Shown here: positions 47,909 to 58,103 of the stretch, in pieces
Layout: each line of letters opens with the position of its first letter
Numbering within the stretch: position 1 is the stretch's first letter
Assembly: GCA_964548665.1 (NCBI GenBank)
Contig: CAZJQL010000001.1
Span: 5,462-69,461, forward strand
DNA from: an uncultured Methanosarcinales archaeon
GTDB taxonomy: Archaea > Nanobdellota > Nanobdellia > Woesearchaeales > 21-14-0-10-32-9
Reading direction: 5' to 3'
Length of the DNA stretch: 64,000 bases
Translations under genes and position numbers: made by a program
The notes under the pieces: generated by a model
What the model saw: the letters and a program-made list of their open reading frames with translations, nothing else
Told to the model about the DNA's origin: nothing
The model's database searches: none

Positions 47909-49192
47909 TTAATAAGGTTCTGTAGTGCATCTGAAACCCCAAGAATTTGCACTCCAATGTGGACTTCCTCCAAAATCTGCAGAGTATATTCCTCCATCCA
48001 GACCATTTATGAAATGTCCTCCCCTTAATAGGGCCTTACCTGTAGTGGCGACCGAATATATTCTTCCTACGCCTTGATTTGCATTATAAGCAACAAATGG
48101 TCCGAGCTCGTATTTTTTATCTAAAGAAGAACTTCTGGTGTAACTCGAACGCCATTGACATGCAGACATTCCATCGTTTTCATGAAAACTAAACCAGCCT
48201 GTTCCTGAACATGAATTTCCATCAAGTGACACATAAGGAGATCCTGCTTCCGGTAAATCTGTCCATTCCTTTGCATTTCCCGCAAAATCCCAAATTTCTC
48301 CTCCGTTGCTTAAATATAACGTTCTTCTGTTTATTCCAGTCAAATCGCTTGTGCTGTCTTTTAGTTGCCCACTATCACTATTGCCCCTATATATTTTTCC
48401 AACACCTTTTAGTCCTGAATCCCAATTATAAAGAACTGATTCCATATTTCTTGCAATCGTTAACCATTCTAGATTCGTAATTAAATCATAACCAGCAGCA
48501 TCACAGGCATAGTAAGCATCATAATAAGATATACTGACCCAAGGAAGTCCTGAAGATACACTTATAGGCAAACTTCCATTTCTTCTTGCTTCATAAGTCA
48601 TTACACAAAAATCAGGAACTTCTAGATAAGTACTTCCTGGAACATATGTAAATCCTTGAGGACAATAAATGTGACCATCATAGTTTTCTATTGTTTGCAA
48701 AAACTCATTATATGACTGCTTGGTTGTTGTTTCATATTCCTCGAAATTTTCAACTTTTTGAGAAACACCTGCACTTACAACTTTAGCATAAGCGTCTGAT
48801 CCTGTGGGCGAGTAATACTTGAATGAAACATCTAATTGTTCATTTTTTCCAGCAGATAATTCTCCCGCACATTTTATTGCAAAACTTTCTCCATCAGAAA
48901 CAACACTATCCGTTGTTTCGCAAGATATGTTTTCACCTGTAGATTTTACCGTAGCTGTCGCACCAGTTATTGCAACATCTGTTCCGAGAGTATTTTTAAA
49001 TTTGAAATTTTGAGTTTTGTCAGTTACAACGACTGATTCGCAACCAAAACCTTGTTCAGACGTGCATTTTTTTACGCCAGGCATACTTAGTACTCCAAAA
49101 TGGCTCAATGCGCCTACTAAAACTAGAACTACAAGAAACGCCCAACCATATGTTGTTAGAAACTCTAGTGCGCCTTGTGCTCTTCTATTCAT
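47909..49192 (-). CDS. Class III signal peptide (pilin-like) protein with C-terminal FGE-sulfatase/CLec-like domain
   Basis: RRAQGALEFLTTYGW N-terminus; FCVMTYEA, GNAKEW, RGG...GFRC C-terminus. Confidence 0.8.
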   Translation of the reverse strand: MNRRAQGALEFLTTYGWAFLVVLVLVGALSHFGVLSMPGVKKCTSEQGFGCESVVVTDKTQNFKFKNTLGTDVAITGATATVKSTGENISCETTDSVVSDGESFAIKCAGELSAGKNEQLDVSFKYYSPTGSDAYAKVVSAGVSQKVENFEEYETTTKQSYNEFLQTIENYDGHIYCPQGFTYVPGSTYLEVPDFCVMTYEARRNGSLPISVSSGLPWVSISYYDAYYACDAAGYDLITNLEWLTIARNMESVLYNWDSGLKGVGKIYRGNSDSGQLKDSTSDLTGINRRTLYLSNGGEIWDFAGNAKEWTDLPEAGSPYVSLDGNSCSGTGWFSFHENDGMSACQWRSSYTRSSSLDKKYELGPFVAYNANQGVGRIYSVATTGKALLRGGHFINGLDGGIYSADFGGSPHWSANSWGFRCTTEPY

Positions 49193-49273
49193 ACTGTTTC
49201 TCAGCCCACCTAGTATAAAAAGCTTTCTCAAAAATAAAACGAGACTTATTAAAAATTATTTAAAAAAAAGTTT

Positions 49274-50059
49274 TTATGCAATGTCTAGAATTTTTCTTAC
49301 AATTATGTTTATGATTATGCTTAAAATTATGTAAACTCCCAGCCATCCTGGTTTCCATCCTAATAAACTGATTTCTCCCAGAGGCCTTACAGAAGCGTAC
49401 CCTACACTTATTTTTAATAATTGACTATCTTTATACTCAGATACAGGAGCCAAATATTTTTTGTTTGAAGTTATTAGTATTTCTTTTGTTTGTTTGAATG
49501 TATCTCCTTCTATTAAAATAGTATACGTTCCTTCCTGAGGTGCAGAAAGCGCCCATTGTATTTCTGTTCCTTTATTTGAAGAAACGGAGTATGACTCATT
49601 TTTCTGACCCATCATAGCAGGCACGCTGGAAAGCTTTATTTCACTTATATTTCCAGAATAATTTGGAGAAATTAAGGCAGTGACATAAAATTCTTGTTCA
49701 GGCATTATTGGCTGATATGAAAGAGAGGCAGTCATCCAAGAAAACAATAAAATTAAAGGTATAAATGTATAAATCATCGATTTGAATGATTGTTTCATCA
49801 TTTCAGAATTCATTTCGAGCATTTGTTTTGTAAGCTCGTTTATTTTTTTTGGATTGTCTTTGTATTTTTTTTGTTTATCTCTTAACTCTTTTAGTTGCTT
49901 TTTTATTTCTTTTAGCCTTTTCTGATCCGTGGTATATTTATAAATTATCGTTGTTAAAATAGTTATTACAATAGCTAAAATCAAAATTATTAGCAAATAA
50001 TCTAAACTCATAAAAGAATCATACAAAGTCGTAAATATGTTTGCCATTTTATTTTTCAC
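49274..50059 (-). CDS. DUF106/EMC3-like Oxa1-superfamily membrane insertase
   Basis: TM-coiled coil-TM, GWLGVYI; downstream of secY. Confidence 0.85.
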   Translation of the reverse strand: MKNKMANIFTTLYDSFMSLDYLLIILILAIVITILTTIIYKYTTDQKRLKEIKKQLKELRDKQKKYKDNPKKINELTKQMLEMNSEMMKQSFKSMIYTFIPLILLFSWMTASLSYQPIMPEQEFYVTALISPNYSGNISEIKLSSVPAMMGQKNESYSVSSNKGTEIQWALSAPQEGTYTILIEGDTFKQTKEILITSNKKYLAPVSEYKDSQLLKISVGYASVRPLGEISLLGWKPGWLGVYIILSIIINIIVRKILDIA

Positions 50060-50134
50060 ACTTTTTGCTTTTTATCGATGTCTATAATGCCCACGCATTT
50101 ATCACAATAAAAACATGTCGTCAACACATTAACA

Positions 50135-51517
50135 CTAATTCATCGAAATAAACTTTCTCATCATAGGATTCATGTCATACATGTGTTGTTTTGCTATATC
50201 TTCATATAATTTATATATAATCATGACTGTAAGAAGCAAACCTGTTCCTGAACCTATTGCCCCAGTTAATCCAGCAATACTTGCTAGAAGCCCTATTGCA
50301 ATTCCTCCCATAACAGTTAGAGGTAAGATGTATCTGTTCAATAATCTTTCTAAAACTCTTTGATCACGTCTAAATCCTGGAATTTGAAGACCTGATGCAA
50401 CCATTTGTTTTGCTTGACTTGCAGCATCAAGCCCTGATGTTTGTACCCAGAATATACTAAAAACTGTAGCACCTATAACATAAACTATTATGAATGTTAG
50501 CGCTTGGCCAACCATTATCCAATTAAGAGATCCTACTATTGTGGCCTGCAAGATATCAGGTTGGTTCAACCAAAATACAAAACCAGAAACTGGTGTTTGT
50601 CCTGCAAATGTTCCTAAAATAGGATTTCCCATATTTTGCAACAATCTTGCAAAAAGCTGTAAATTAGCGATAAGTGCAGACACTAAAATTATTGGTAAAA
50701 CATTTGCATATAAAAAATTAAGAGGCCATCTTATTCCTTGTCCTGATATTCTTCCGAAGCTTAAAGGTATTTCTACTTTCATTGCTTGAACATAGACAAC
50801 AAATAAGAAGACTGCAATTGTTGCTAAAACCTTAGCTAAATTTAAGCCTATGGTTAGCATATCTGTTTGTCCTGATTGTAAAAACAGCATTTGTATTATT
50901 ACTGGAATTGCTCCGGTCGCTATTTCTGGATTAAGAGGGCTTGGCAATGGGCTTAATAATTGTATGAATATTTGTTGACTTATTCCTGCCGCAATAAATA
51001 GACTTACACCTGACCCGAAACCATATTTGCTTATGATTTCATCCATAAGCATTATGAAGATACCGCCAATTATCAATTGAACGACTAATATTAGCGGACT
51101 GAATCCTGCTTGTGGAGATAGGCCGCCCATATATACGAAAATGAATGCCTCAATTATTACAAATGCAAATGCAAATAATTTTTGTAAGCCTTGGAATCTT
51201 CTTTTGCCTTCTTGAGTTGTAAGATCCATATTTAATATTCCTGAGCCTTGAAGAAGCTGTAAAACTATGGATCCTGTTACAATAGGACCAATACCTAAAC
51301 TTATTATGCTTCCAAAACTGGCTCCGAGTATTGTACTTAGAAAAGTAAATTGTTCTAATGCATTTTGACCTAAACCATATAATGGTATTAATCCTAAAAG
51401 AAAATATAATGATAGAATTACTCCCGTCCATTTGAGTTTTTGTGTAAAAGAAAGTTTTTTCTGTCCTGATGGCTTTACTTCAGGTATGTTTTCTATTATT
51501 TTGTCTAATAAACTCAT
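50135..51517 (-). CDS. secY: Preprotein translocase SecY
   Basis: LGIGPIVT, GSGVSLFI, IPGFR, GTGLLL. Confidence 0.97.
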   Translation of the reverse strand: MSLLDKIIENIPEVKPSGQKKLSFTQKLKWTGVILSLYFLLGLIPLYGLGQNALEQFTFLSTILGASFGSIISLGIGPIVTGSIVLQLLQGSGILNMDLTTQEGKRRFQGLQKLFAFAFVIIEAFIFVYMGGLSPQAGFSPLILVVQLIIGGIFIMLMDEIISKYGFGSGVSLFIAAGISQQIFIQLLSPLPSPLNPEIATGAIPVIIQMLFLQSGQTDMLTIGLNLAKVLATIAVFLFVVYVQAMKVEIPLSFGRISGQGIRWPLNFLYANVLPIILVSALIANLQLFARLLQNMGNPILGTFAGQTPVSGFVFWLNQPDILQATIVGSLNWIMVGQALTFIIVYVIGATVFSIFWVQTSGLDAASQAKQMVASGLQIPGFRRDQRVLERLLNRYILPLTVMGGIAIGLLASIAGLTGAIGSGTGLLLTVMIIYKLYEDIAKQHMYDMNPMMRKFISMN

Positions 51518-51525
51518 TTTTCAGC

Positions 51526-52005
51526 TCACGCTTCCTGTGAAGCTTTTTCTTGTTTGTTTTTTAGCAGTATGATTTTTCCACCTGCTTCTGAAACTTTTCT
51601 TATTGCTGATTCTGATGCCTGCTCCACAGTTATTTCGAGTTTAGATAAAACATTACCTGCCCCCAACAATTTGTGTATCTTCAAAGAAGACAAGTTTATT
51701 GAAATCAATTCTTTTTGTTTAGTTGCTTTTCCTTGTTTGATAAGAGTTCCTATCATTGCTTCTAAATGAGCTAAATTGATTGTATTTATTTTTGTTGTCT
51801 TTTGACTCTGTGAAACAAATCCTCTTTTTCCAAAGTAGTTAGGATCTTCCCAGTATCTTGTTTTCTTGGCGTCGCCTTTTTTTCCGGTTCCCGCATTTCC
51901 TCTTCCTCCTCTGTGGCCTGCGCCTCTATGTTTTTTCTTCGCGCCCCAGCCATGAGTCCAAGATCCTCTTTGTCTACTGTTTTTCTTTCTTTTGTTATGA
52001 GTCAT
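51526..52005 (-). CDS. rpl15: 50S ribosomal protein L15
   Basis: RGSWTHGWG..KKHRGAG.RGGRG. Confidence 0.95.
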   Translation of the reverse strand: MTHNKRKKNSRQRGSWTHGWGAKKKHRGAGHRGGRGNAGTGKKGDAKKTRYWEDPNYFGKRGFVSQSQKTTKINTINLAHLEAMIGTLIKQGKATKQKELISINLSSLKIHKLLGAGNVLSKLEITVEQASESAIRKVSEAGGKIILLKNKQEKASQEA

Positions 52006-52015
52006 TGATAATCAC

Positions 52016-52387
52016 TTACATCATTTTTTTTATTAAATCATTTATTTTCTCTCCTCTGTAACCGAGAGCTCCTTTTTCAGAGAATGATTTTTTTATTCCT
52101 TTTCTTTCAAATCCTCCTTTTGGCGGATGCATTGAATAAAACTTGTTTTCGGTCGGTCTTTTTTCATTAAGCTCTTTTAATGTTTCTTCTGAAATTTCTC
52201 CATAAGTTATGTAATCTTTACATTTTTGTAACATTCCTTTTGTTACAGGATTATCTTCCACTATTGCTAAAGATAATTTTTTTTGAAGATTTAGCATTCT
52301 TAGAGTATCTCTTATATCTGTATTCATACCAATTAATCCTCTAAGCAAAATAACTGCTATTTTTTTTCCTTGTTTTTTTTCTGCCAT
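52016..52387 (-). CDS. rpl30: 50S ribosomal protein L30
   Basis: TLRMLNL, HPPKGGF, GALGYRG. Confidence 0.93.
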   Translation of the reverse strand: MAEKKQGKKIAVILLRGLIGMNTDIRDTLRMLNLQKKLSLAIVEDNPVTKGMLQKCKDYITYGEISEETLKELNEKRPTENKFYSMHPPKGGFERKGIKKSFSEKGALGYRGEKINDLIKKMM

Positions 52388-52388
52388 T

Positions 52389-53198
52389 TTATGCTACCTT
52401 CAATCTTCCTTCTTTTAAAGATAATGATTCTACATCTTTAGCTCTTACTTTTGTAGTTGATAACATTTTAAGTGCTTGCTCACAAGCTTTTATTAAATTA
52501 ATTTTGTTTTTTGTTTGACCTTGTGTTTTTGACCAAACATCTTTTATTCCTGCAAGCGCAAGTATTTTTGCACATTCTTTTTCTACACACAGCCCTTTAC
52601 CTTTAGGTGCAGGCATAAGCTTTATCTCTACAGATCCACATTTTCCTTCTACTGTGAATGGTATTGAGTTAGGTTCCTTAGAGTTAGATTCCCAACTTCC
52701 GCTACCTCTTGTTATTTTAAATAAATTTAATTTAGCGTTTTTTAACGCTTTTTCTCTGGCAGGAACAGTTTCTTTACTTTTTCCTAAGCCCATTCCAACA
52801 TAACCATCTTTATTTCCTATAACTGCAAGTGTTGTGAATTTTGGTTTATTTCCTTCTCTTGTTTTTTTCTGAGTTTGTCTAAATACTCTTCTTTGGCCCC
52901 CACCGAATTTACCTTTTGCTTGACCTATTAGCAATAGTTCCGATTGCATGTCTGGCAATAAAGAATCTATTATTTCTGGTTCCAGCACAGTTAAGCCATT
53001 ATCTAAAATATAATCTATATCTTTTATTTCTCCTGATTGAACTTTTCTTCCTAAATCTGTCTTAGGAACCCAGCTTGAAGGTATTTTTATTTCTATTTTT
53101 GTTGATTCTTCATCAATAGGTTCAAGCACAACTACTTCTTCTTCCTCTATTTTTGCTTGTTTTTTGGTTATTTTTTTGGTTGTTTTTTTTGCTGGCAT
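52389..53198 (-). CDS. rps5: 30S ribosomal protein S5
   Basis: WVPKTDLG, GKCGSV, PAPKGKGL. Confidence 0.95.
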   Translation of the reverse strand: MPAKKTTKKITKKQAKIEEEEVVVLEPIDEESTKIEIKIPSSWVPKTDLGRKVQSGEIKDIDYILDNGLTVLEPEIIDSLLPDMQSELLLIGQAKGKFGGGQRRVFRQTQKKTREGNKPKFTTLAVIGNKDGYVGMGLGKSKETVPAREKALKNAKLNLFKITRGSGSWESNSKEPNSIPFTVEGKCGSVEIKLMPAPKGKGLCVEKECAKILALAGIKDVWSKTQGQTKNKINLIKACEQALKMLSTTKVRAKDVESLSLKEGRLKVA

Positions 53199-53207
53199 GA
53201 TTATCCC

Positions 53208-53723
53208 TTAATTTCCTTTAATTTGTTTTTTGAGTTTTTCGAAATCTTGTGTTATTGATTTGTGCTTATCTAAAAATGTGGAAATGTGTTCTCCTTTTAA
53301 TCTTTGCTCTGATGGGAATATGCTTTCATTTACAGGAATATTTAATCCTGCATCTTTTGCTCCTTTTAGAGCAGCAAATATTTTAGAGCCTTTTAGTGGA
53401 GTCACTAAGCCTAAATCCAATATTGCTTCATTTATTTTGAGCTGTGACGCTTTTTTTGCAAGCAACATTCCTGCAAGGTATGCTGCTGGAAGATTTTTAA
53501 AAGAATGCTTCCAATCCATTTTAGACAGTTCCTTTGATCTTACAGTTGTAATTATTTTGTCGCCATCAGGCGCATATTGTGCAACCTGCAAGATTATTTG
53601 GGTGTTGGTTTTTCTTATAATTAATCTTGGCTTTTTGCTTTTTAATAAAACAAGTCTTTTTTTATAATTAGTTTTGCCTTCTCTTTTTCTTCTGAATCTT
53701 ACAGTATATCTTGTTGTTGCCAT
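53208..53723 (-). CDS. rpl18: 50S ribosomal protein L18
   Basis: RRKREGKTNYKKRL, NLPAAYL. Confidence 0.95.
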   Translation of the reverse strand: MATTRYTVRFRRKREGKTNYKKRLVLLKSKKPRLIIRKTNTQIILQVAQYAPDGDKIITTVRSKELSKMDWKHSFKNLPAAYLAGMLLAKKASQLKINEAILDLGLVTPLKGSKIFAALKGAKDAGLNIPVNESIFPSEQRLKGEHISTFLDKHKSITQDFEKLKKQIKGN

Positions 53724-54259
53724 TATTTATCACTTTTTGATTTTGATACTTTTTTTGTTACTTTTTTTGTTGTCTGTTTTGGTGATTGAGCCAATTTATT
53801 TTCCTTATTTTCTTCTTCTTTTTGAAACAACTTATTGTCTTCTAAGTAAATTTTTATGTGTCTTGTACTTCTAAAAAATCCGCCCTTACACTTTAAATAT
53901 AATTTTCTGTATGTGTCATTGGATATTAGTTTCTTTTCTCTGAATTCTGCAATCAGATTTCTTTGACTTCTAATTTTATTCATCCATGATTCTTTTCTTG
54001 GAAGTCTAGCTGTGCTTTTTCCTTGTCTTGAACCTTTTCCTTTTCTTTGACCTTTTGATTTTTGAGATTTTATTTTTCTTGCTCTGCCTCTTGAAACTCC
54101 TTTTTCTTGGATTTTAACAATAGCCCCTTCATCTGCAAGTTTTCTTATATCTGATTTTGTTATTGCGGATTTTATGTCTGCTAATCTCTGATTATCGAAC
54201 TTTATTCTCTTTTCTGAGACATTAAAAACTTGAGACGCTAATCTTTTTTGGATTTTCAT
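53723..54259 (-). CDS. rpl19e: 50S ribosomal protein L19e
   Basis: QKRLA, GVSRGRAR, WMNKIRSQR. Confidence 0.95.
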   Translation of the reverse strand: MKIQKRLASQVFNVSEKRIKFDNQRLADIKSAITKSDIRKLADEGAIVKIQEKGVSRGRARKIKSQKSKGQRKGKGSRQGKSTARLPRKESWMNKIRSQRNLIAEFREKKLISNDTYRKLYLKCKGGFFRSTRHIKIYLEDNKLFQKEEENKENKLAQSPKQTTKKVTKKVSKSKSDK

Positions 54260-54266
54260 TTTTCAT

Positions 54267-54800
54267 TTACCTGCTTTTTGTTAGGAGCTTATCTTTTTCA
54301 GCCTTTTCGACTTTCTTTTTTTCTTCTTCATTTATTTCTGGCTGTTGAGCTTCTTTTTCTTTATTATCCTCTGATTTTTTTTCTTCTAATTTTGCTTTTT
54401 GAACTTTATCCGCTTTTTTCTTTGCTAATTGCTTTTTACTTTCGAAAAAATCTTTTGCTTTCTCTTCGTATTTCTTTACATTCAAATTAAATAGCTTTAT
54501 TTTTAATGAGGATGCTTCTTTTATGAGCTCTAATTTTTTTTGCTTGCCCATTCTTGCAAGAACAACACACTCAGCCTTAGGATTGATTTTCTTCAATTCA
54601 GCAAGATTGTGAACCAAAATTATCTTGAGACCATCTGCTGTGTTTCTTTGGGATGCTTTTAATCCGTAACCTGGTCTTACATTTGCAGAGTGCCCTTTTC
54701 TATTAAGTCTTTTTTTATTTGTAATTCCATCTGGCTTTCTCCAAGACAGAGGCAATCTTGCTTTTTTGTGTGTATCTTTTCTTTTGAATGTTTTTTTCAT
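54267..54800 (-). CDS. rpl32e: 50S ribosomal protein L32e with charged C-terminal extension
   Basis: WRKPDG..NK.R, PGYG. Confidence 0.9.
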   Translation of the reverse strand: MKKTFKRKDTHKKARLPLSWRKPDGITNKKRLNRKGHSANVRPGYGLKASQRNTADGLKIILVHNLAELKKINPKAECVVLARMGKQKKLELIKEASSLKIKLFNLNVKKYEEKAKDFFESKKQLAKKKADKVQKAKLEEKKSEDNKEKEAQQPEINEEEKKKVEKAEKDKLLTKSR

Positions 54801-54833
54801 TAAATATCACTCATGTTCTATTTTATTTTATAA

Positions 54834-55379
54834 TCAAACCTTTTTTCCATCTTTTTCAATAATATAAATTCCGTCCTGGAATATTCTTTTATCGAATCCT
54901 GGTCTTCTAGTCAGTTTTTCTATTGAAGCGGCAGTTTGACCTGCTATTTCCTTATCATGTGATTGTACAGTTATAATATCTCCTGAAATTTTTACATCTG
55001 CACCTTGTTTTATTTTCAATGTTCTAGGAACTTTTTCTCCTACAAAATTTTTCAATTCGAATGTGTCTCCTTTCATAGCTACAGTCATAGGAAAGTGACC
55101 TGAACAAATTTTCAGAGAATAAGAAAATCCTTCAGTAACTCCCTTAACCATGTTTTTCAAGTGAGCTTTTGTTGTAAATATTTTATTTTTCTCGTTTCTT
55201 GACATTTTTTTATATTCAAGAACTATTTTTTTATCTTGAACAGTTATTTTTATATCTGAATCAGGCAGCATTCTTGTGATTTGTCCTTTTGGTCCTTTTA
55301 CAGTCATTGTTTTTTTATCTACTGTTAATTCGCAACCTGACAATAAATCTACAGTTTCCATTAATTTATCTTGTGTCAT
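54834..55379 (-). CDS. rpl6: 50S ribosomal protein L6
   Basis: VKGPKG, HFPM, DKRIFQDGIYI. Confidence 0.95.
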   Translation of the reverse strand: MTQDKLMETVDLLSGCELTVDKKTMTVKGPKGQITRMLPDSDIKITVQDKKIVLEYKKMSRNEKNKIFTTKAHLKNMVKGVTEGFSYSLKICSGHFPMTVAMKGDTFELKNFVGEKVPRTLKIKQGADVKISGDIITVQSHDKEIAGQTAASIEKLTRRPGFDKRIFQDGIYIIEKDGKKV

Positions 55380-55389
55380 TTTATATCCC

Positions 55390-55782
55390 TTAGTAAGCAT
55401 AGCTTATTAGTGTTCCTCCAAGGTTTTTTTCTTTTGCTTCTTTGTTAGTCATTAATCCTTGGTTTGTTGAAACAACAAGTATTCCGAAATCCATCGCTGG
55501 AAGGTATCTCTTTTCGTATTTTTCATAATCTTTAACTTGTATTCTAAATCTTGGTTTAATTACGCCGCACTTATTCAATGATCCTATTAAATTTATTTTC
55601 AAAAGGTTACCTTTTCCATCTTCTATTTGTTCATGACTTCCAACGTAGCCTTCTTGTTGCATTATTTTAAGCACTTCCCTTATAATTTTTGAATTACTAT
55701 TTGAAACAACTTCTTTTTTTCCTAATTTCTCATAATTGTTTATATGAGATAATACGCTTGCCAATGAATCGTTTAATGTCAT
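55390..55782 (-). CDS. rps8: 30S ribosomal protein S8
   Basis: NKCGVIKPR, LPA.DFG, STNQGLM. Confidence 0.95.
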   Translation of the reverse strand: MTLNDSLASVLSHINNYEKLGKKEVVSNSNSKIIREVLKIMQQEGYVGSHEQIEDGKGNLLKINLIGSLNKCGVIKPRFRIQVKDYEKYEKRYLPAMDFGILVVSTNQGLMTNKEAKEKNLGGTLISYAY

Positions 55783-55800
55783 TTTTTTCCTCTCATTTGT

Positions 55801-56031
55801 TTATGAATATTTTTTGAATCCTAAATCTATAGCATTATCTCTAAAACAGTGTCTGCAGAGATGAATACCATATTTTGATATGTGTGATCCCGTTCTTCCA
55901 CAAGTTCTACACTTTTTTGTGGATTCTCCGTGTTTTCTGTTTTTAGGAGTGTTATATTTTTTGAATTTTGCTAATTTAGCTGGTTTTTCTTCTATTTGAC
56001 TTAAAGTCTTAGCATAGTGTGATGTAGTCAT
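55801..56031 (-). CDS. rps14: 30S ribosomal protein S14 (Zn-binding)
   Basis: CRTCG...LCRHCFR...GFKKY. Confidence 0.93.
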   Translation of the reverse strand: MTTSHYAKTLSQIEEKPAKLAKFKKYNTPKNRKHGESTKKCRTCGRTGSHISKYGIHLCRHCFRDNAIDLGFKKYS

Positions 56032-56543
56032 TCTTCTTCACCCACTCTTATTGAGTATTTTTTTTTCATAAATTCTATGGCTTCTTCTTTTGAAATTCTA
56101 TGATTACTTGGTATTTTTGAAGGCCTTATTTGCCTGTTTTTTACTCTGAATCCCGCTCTTTTCAGAGTTATTGATGCTTGTAAACCCATCATTCCTATTT
56201 CAGTATCGTATTTTGCATCTTTAATGTCGACGTATTCAGGTATTCCGAAACTTATGTTTCCATGTTCATCGAAACACTCTTCAGCAAGAACATTATCTTT
56301 AGCATATAATATTCTTGGAATCAAATTTTCTGCATCGTCATGTCTGAGAGTGATTTTACAGCCAATTGGCAATCCAGGTCTTAGACCCCATCCTTGAATT
56401 CTCTTATTAGTTATTGTTTTTACAGGAGCTATTCCCGTCAAGTTTTTTAATAATTTTAATCCTTTTTCCAAAACTTTTTGGTCTTTTCCTGCACCTACAT
56501 TCAAGGTAACTTTTTCTATTTTGATTTCTTTCATGCTGTTCAT
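56028..56543 (-). CDS. rpl5: 50S ribosomal protein L5
   Basis: IEKVTLNVG, PIGCKITLR, GNISFGI. Confidence 0.95.
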   Translation of the reverse strand: MNSMKEIKIEKVTLNVGAGKDQKVLEKGLKLLKNLTGIAPVKTITNKRIQGWGLRPGLPIGCKITLRHDDAENLIPRILYAKDNVLAEECFDEHGNISFGIPEYVDIKDAKYDTEIGMMGLQASITLKRAGFRVKNRQIRPSKIPSNHRISKEEAIEFMKKKYSIRVGEEE

Positions 56544-56545
56544 TT

Positions 56546-57244
56546 TTAATCAAGCTCTATGATTGGTTTTTCTTTTCCTATTATAATGGAATATTCTTTG
56601 TTTGTTTCAAAGGATTCTGTTTTTGTTTTTATTCTAACGATATTTTGAGTTATTTCTTCAACAATTCCTGTTTTTCCTGAGTGTTTACCCGTATATATTA
56701 ATGCAAACATCCCTTTCTGAACAGATAAATGATTCAATATTTTTTTAGTTGTCAAATCATACACCACACTATCTCCTGTTTTGTATGTTTTTGCTTCTTT
56801 TTGATCAACAAGTATATTCTGTGATTGCATCGTGTTTAATTGAACTTTTCCACCAGTTATTGTAGATTTTCCTGTGATTTTTAGCAATAGTTTGTTTTTG
56901 TCTGATTCGGAAATTTCTTTTGCAAGAAGTTTCCCTTTTTTGTCTATAATTATTCTAAACGTTTTTTTCATACTTGGAACAGACACAACATCTAAAAAGC
57001 CTGTGTGAGCTTTATGATCTCTTTTTCTTTTTCCATTTACCAAAACTTCTTGAGTTGTGAGTAAATTTTTTGTCTCTTTGAGAGTTTTAGTCAAGCCAGA
57101 CATTTCTTTTAGGAATGAATTTAATGATATTGATAAATCTAATTTATGTGCGCCAGGTTTAGGTCTTGAAATAAAAACAGTGTCCTTTCTCAAAATCCTC
57201 CATGTTTTTGGAGCAGCTATTCTTTTTATATGATTTTTAGCCAT
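56546..57244 (-). CDS. rps4e: 30S ribosomal protein S4e
   Basis: HIKRIAAP..W, PGAH, GKHSG. Confidence 0.93.
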   Translation of the reverse strand: MAKNHIKRIAAPKTWRILRKDTVFISRPKPGAHKLDLSISLNSFLKEMSGLTKTLKETKNLLTTQEVLVNGKRKRDHKAHTGFLDVVSVPSMKKTFRIIIDKKGKLLAKEISESDKNKLLLKITGKSTITGGKVQLNTMQSQNILVDQKEAKTYKTGDSVVYDLTTKKILNHLSVQKGMFALIYTGKHSGKTGIVEEITQNIVRIKTKTESFETNKEYSIIIGKEKPIIELD

Positions 57245-57245
57245 T

Positions 57246-57659
57246 TTAATTTGCCTCTGTTTTCTTATTCTCCTTAGATGTTTTCGGAGTCAGATTGGAT
57301 TTTCTTTTTTTGTCTGATAAATTTAATTCTATTATTTGAACATTCGAAGGAGTTATTGGAGCTTTCGTTTTGGAACCATCTCTTTTAGTCATCTCTAATT
57401 TGGAAACATATATTTTGGTGTTCTTAACATCCACTTTTTCTACAGTTCCTGTTTTAGATTTAAATGATCCTCTTAAAACTTTTACTTTATCTCCAACTCT
57501 TACTCTAGTATTTCTTTTTCCATGCTTGGCTCTTAACTCTTTAGATAAGTTTACAGACAGGAATTTAGATTTTACGTTCAGAGTTGCATTATGAATATAC
57601 TTCCTTTGCTTTCTTGGTTGAACGCTTGATTTCCATGTTTTTGAAAATTTGGTTTTCAT
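57246..57659 (-). CDS. rpl24: 50S ribosomal protein L24
   Basis: QPRKQRK, GDKVKVLRG. Confidence 0.95.
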   Translation of the reverse strand: MKTKFSKTWKSSVQPRKQRKYIHNATLNVKSKFLSVNLSKELRAKHGKRNTRVRVGDKVKVLRGSFKSKTGTVEKVDVKNTKIYVSKLEMTKRDGSKTKAPITPSNVQIIELNLSDKKRKSNLTPKTSKENKKTEAN

Positions 57660-57690
57660 TTTTTTCCTCTTAATACATTATAATTTATAA

Positions 57691-58092
57691 TCACACGATC
57701 ATACTTGCTACTTTTGCTATACCTGGCCATCTTTCACATGCTTCTTTGGCAATAGGCCCTTTGAATATAGTTCCTTTCGGATTTCCCTTATCATCTTTAA
57801 GCACGACAGCAGCATTATCTTCGAACTTTATTCTTGTTCCATCAAGTCGTTTGTATTCTTTTTTCTGTCTTACTATGATTGCCCAGACAACTGTTTTTCT
57901 CATATCTGGTTTTCCTTTGACTACTGATGCTTGAACAAGATCTCCTACTCTTGCTGAAGGCATTTTTCCTTTTAGTGTTTTATGTCCTTTAACTGAAAAT
58001 ATCTTCAACACTTTTGCTCCACTATTATCACAGGTTTCTACCCTTGCTCCGTGTGGAAGTGATTTTGGAATTGTTGCTTTGATTGATTTCAT
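57691..58092 (-). CDS. rpl14: 50S ribosomal protein L14
   Basis: CDNSGAK, FEDNAAV, GPIAKEA. Confidence 0.96.
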   Translation of the reverse strand: MKSIKATIPKSLPHGARVETCDNSGAKVLKIFSVKGHKTLKGKMPSARVGDLVQASVVKGKPDMRKTVVWAIIVRQKKEYKRLDGTRIKFEDNAAVVLKDDKGNPKGTIFKGPIAKEACERWPGIAKVASMIV

Positions 58093-58103
58093 TTTTCATA
58101 CCT

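Noticed and set aside
47908..48006. Long N-terminal extension of the NUDIX ORF
   Set aside because: Overlaps the upstream pilin-CLec gene; ATG at 47907 just after its stop is more plausible
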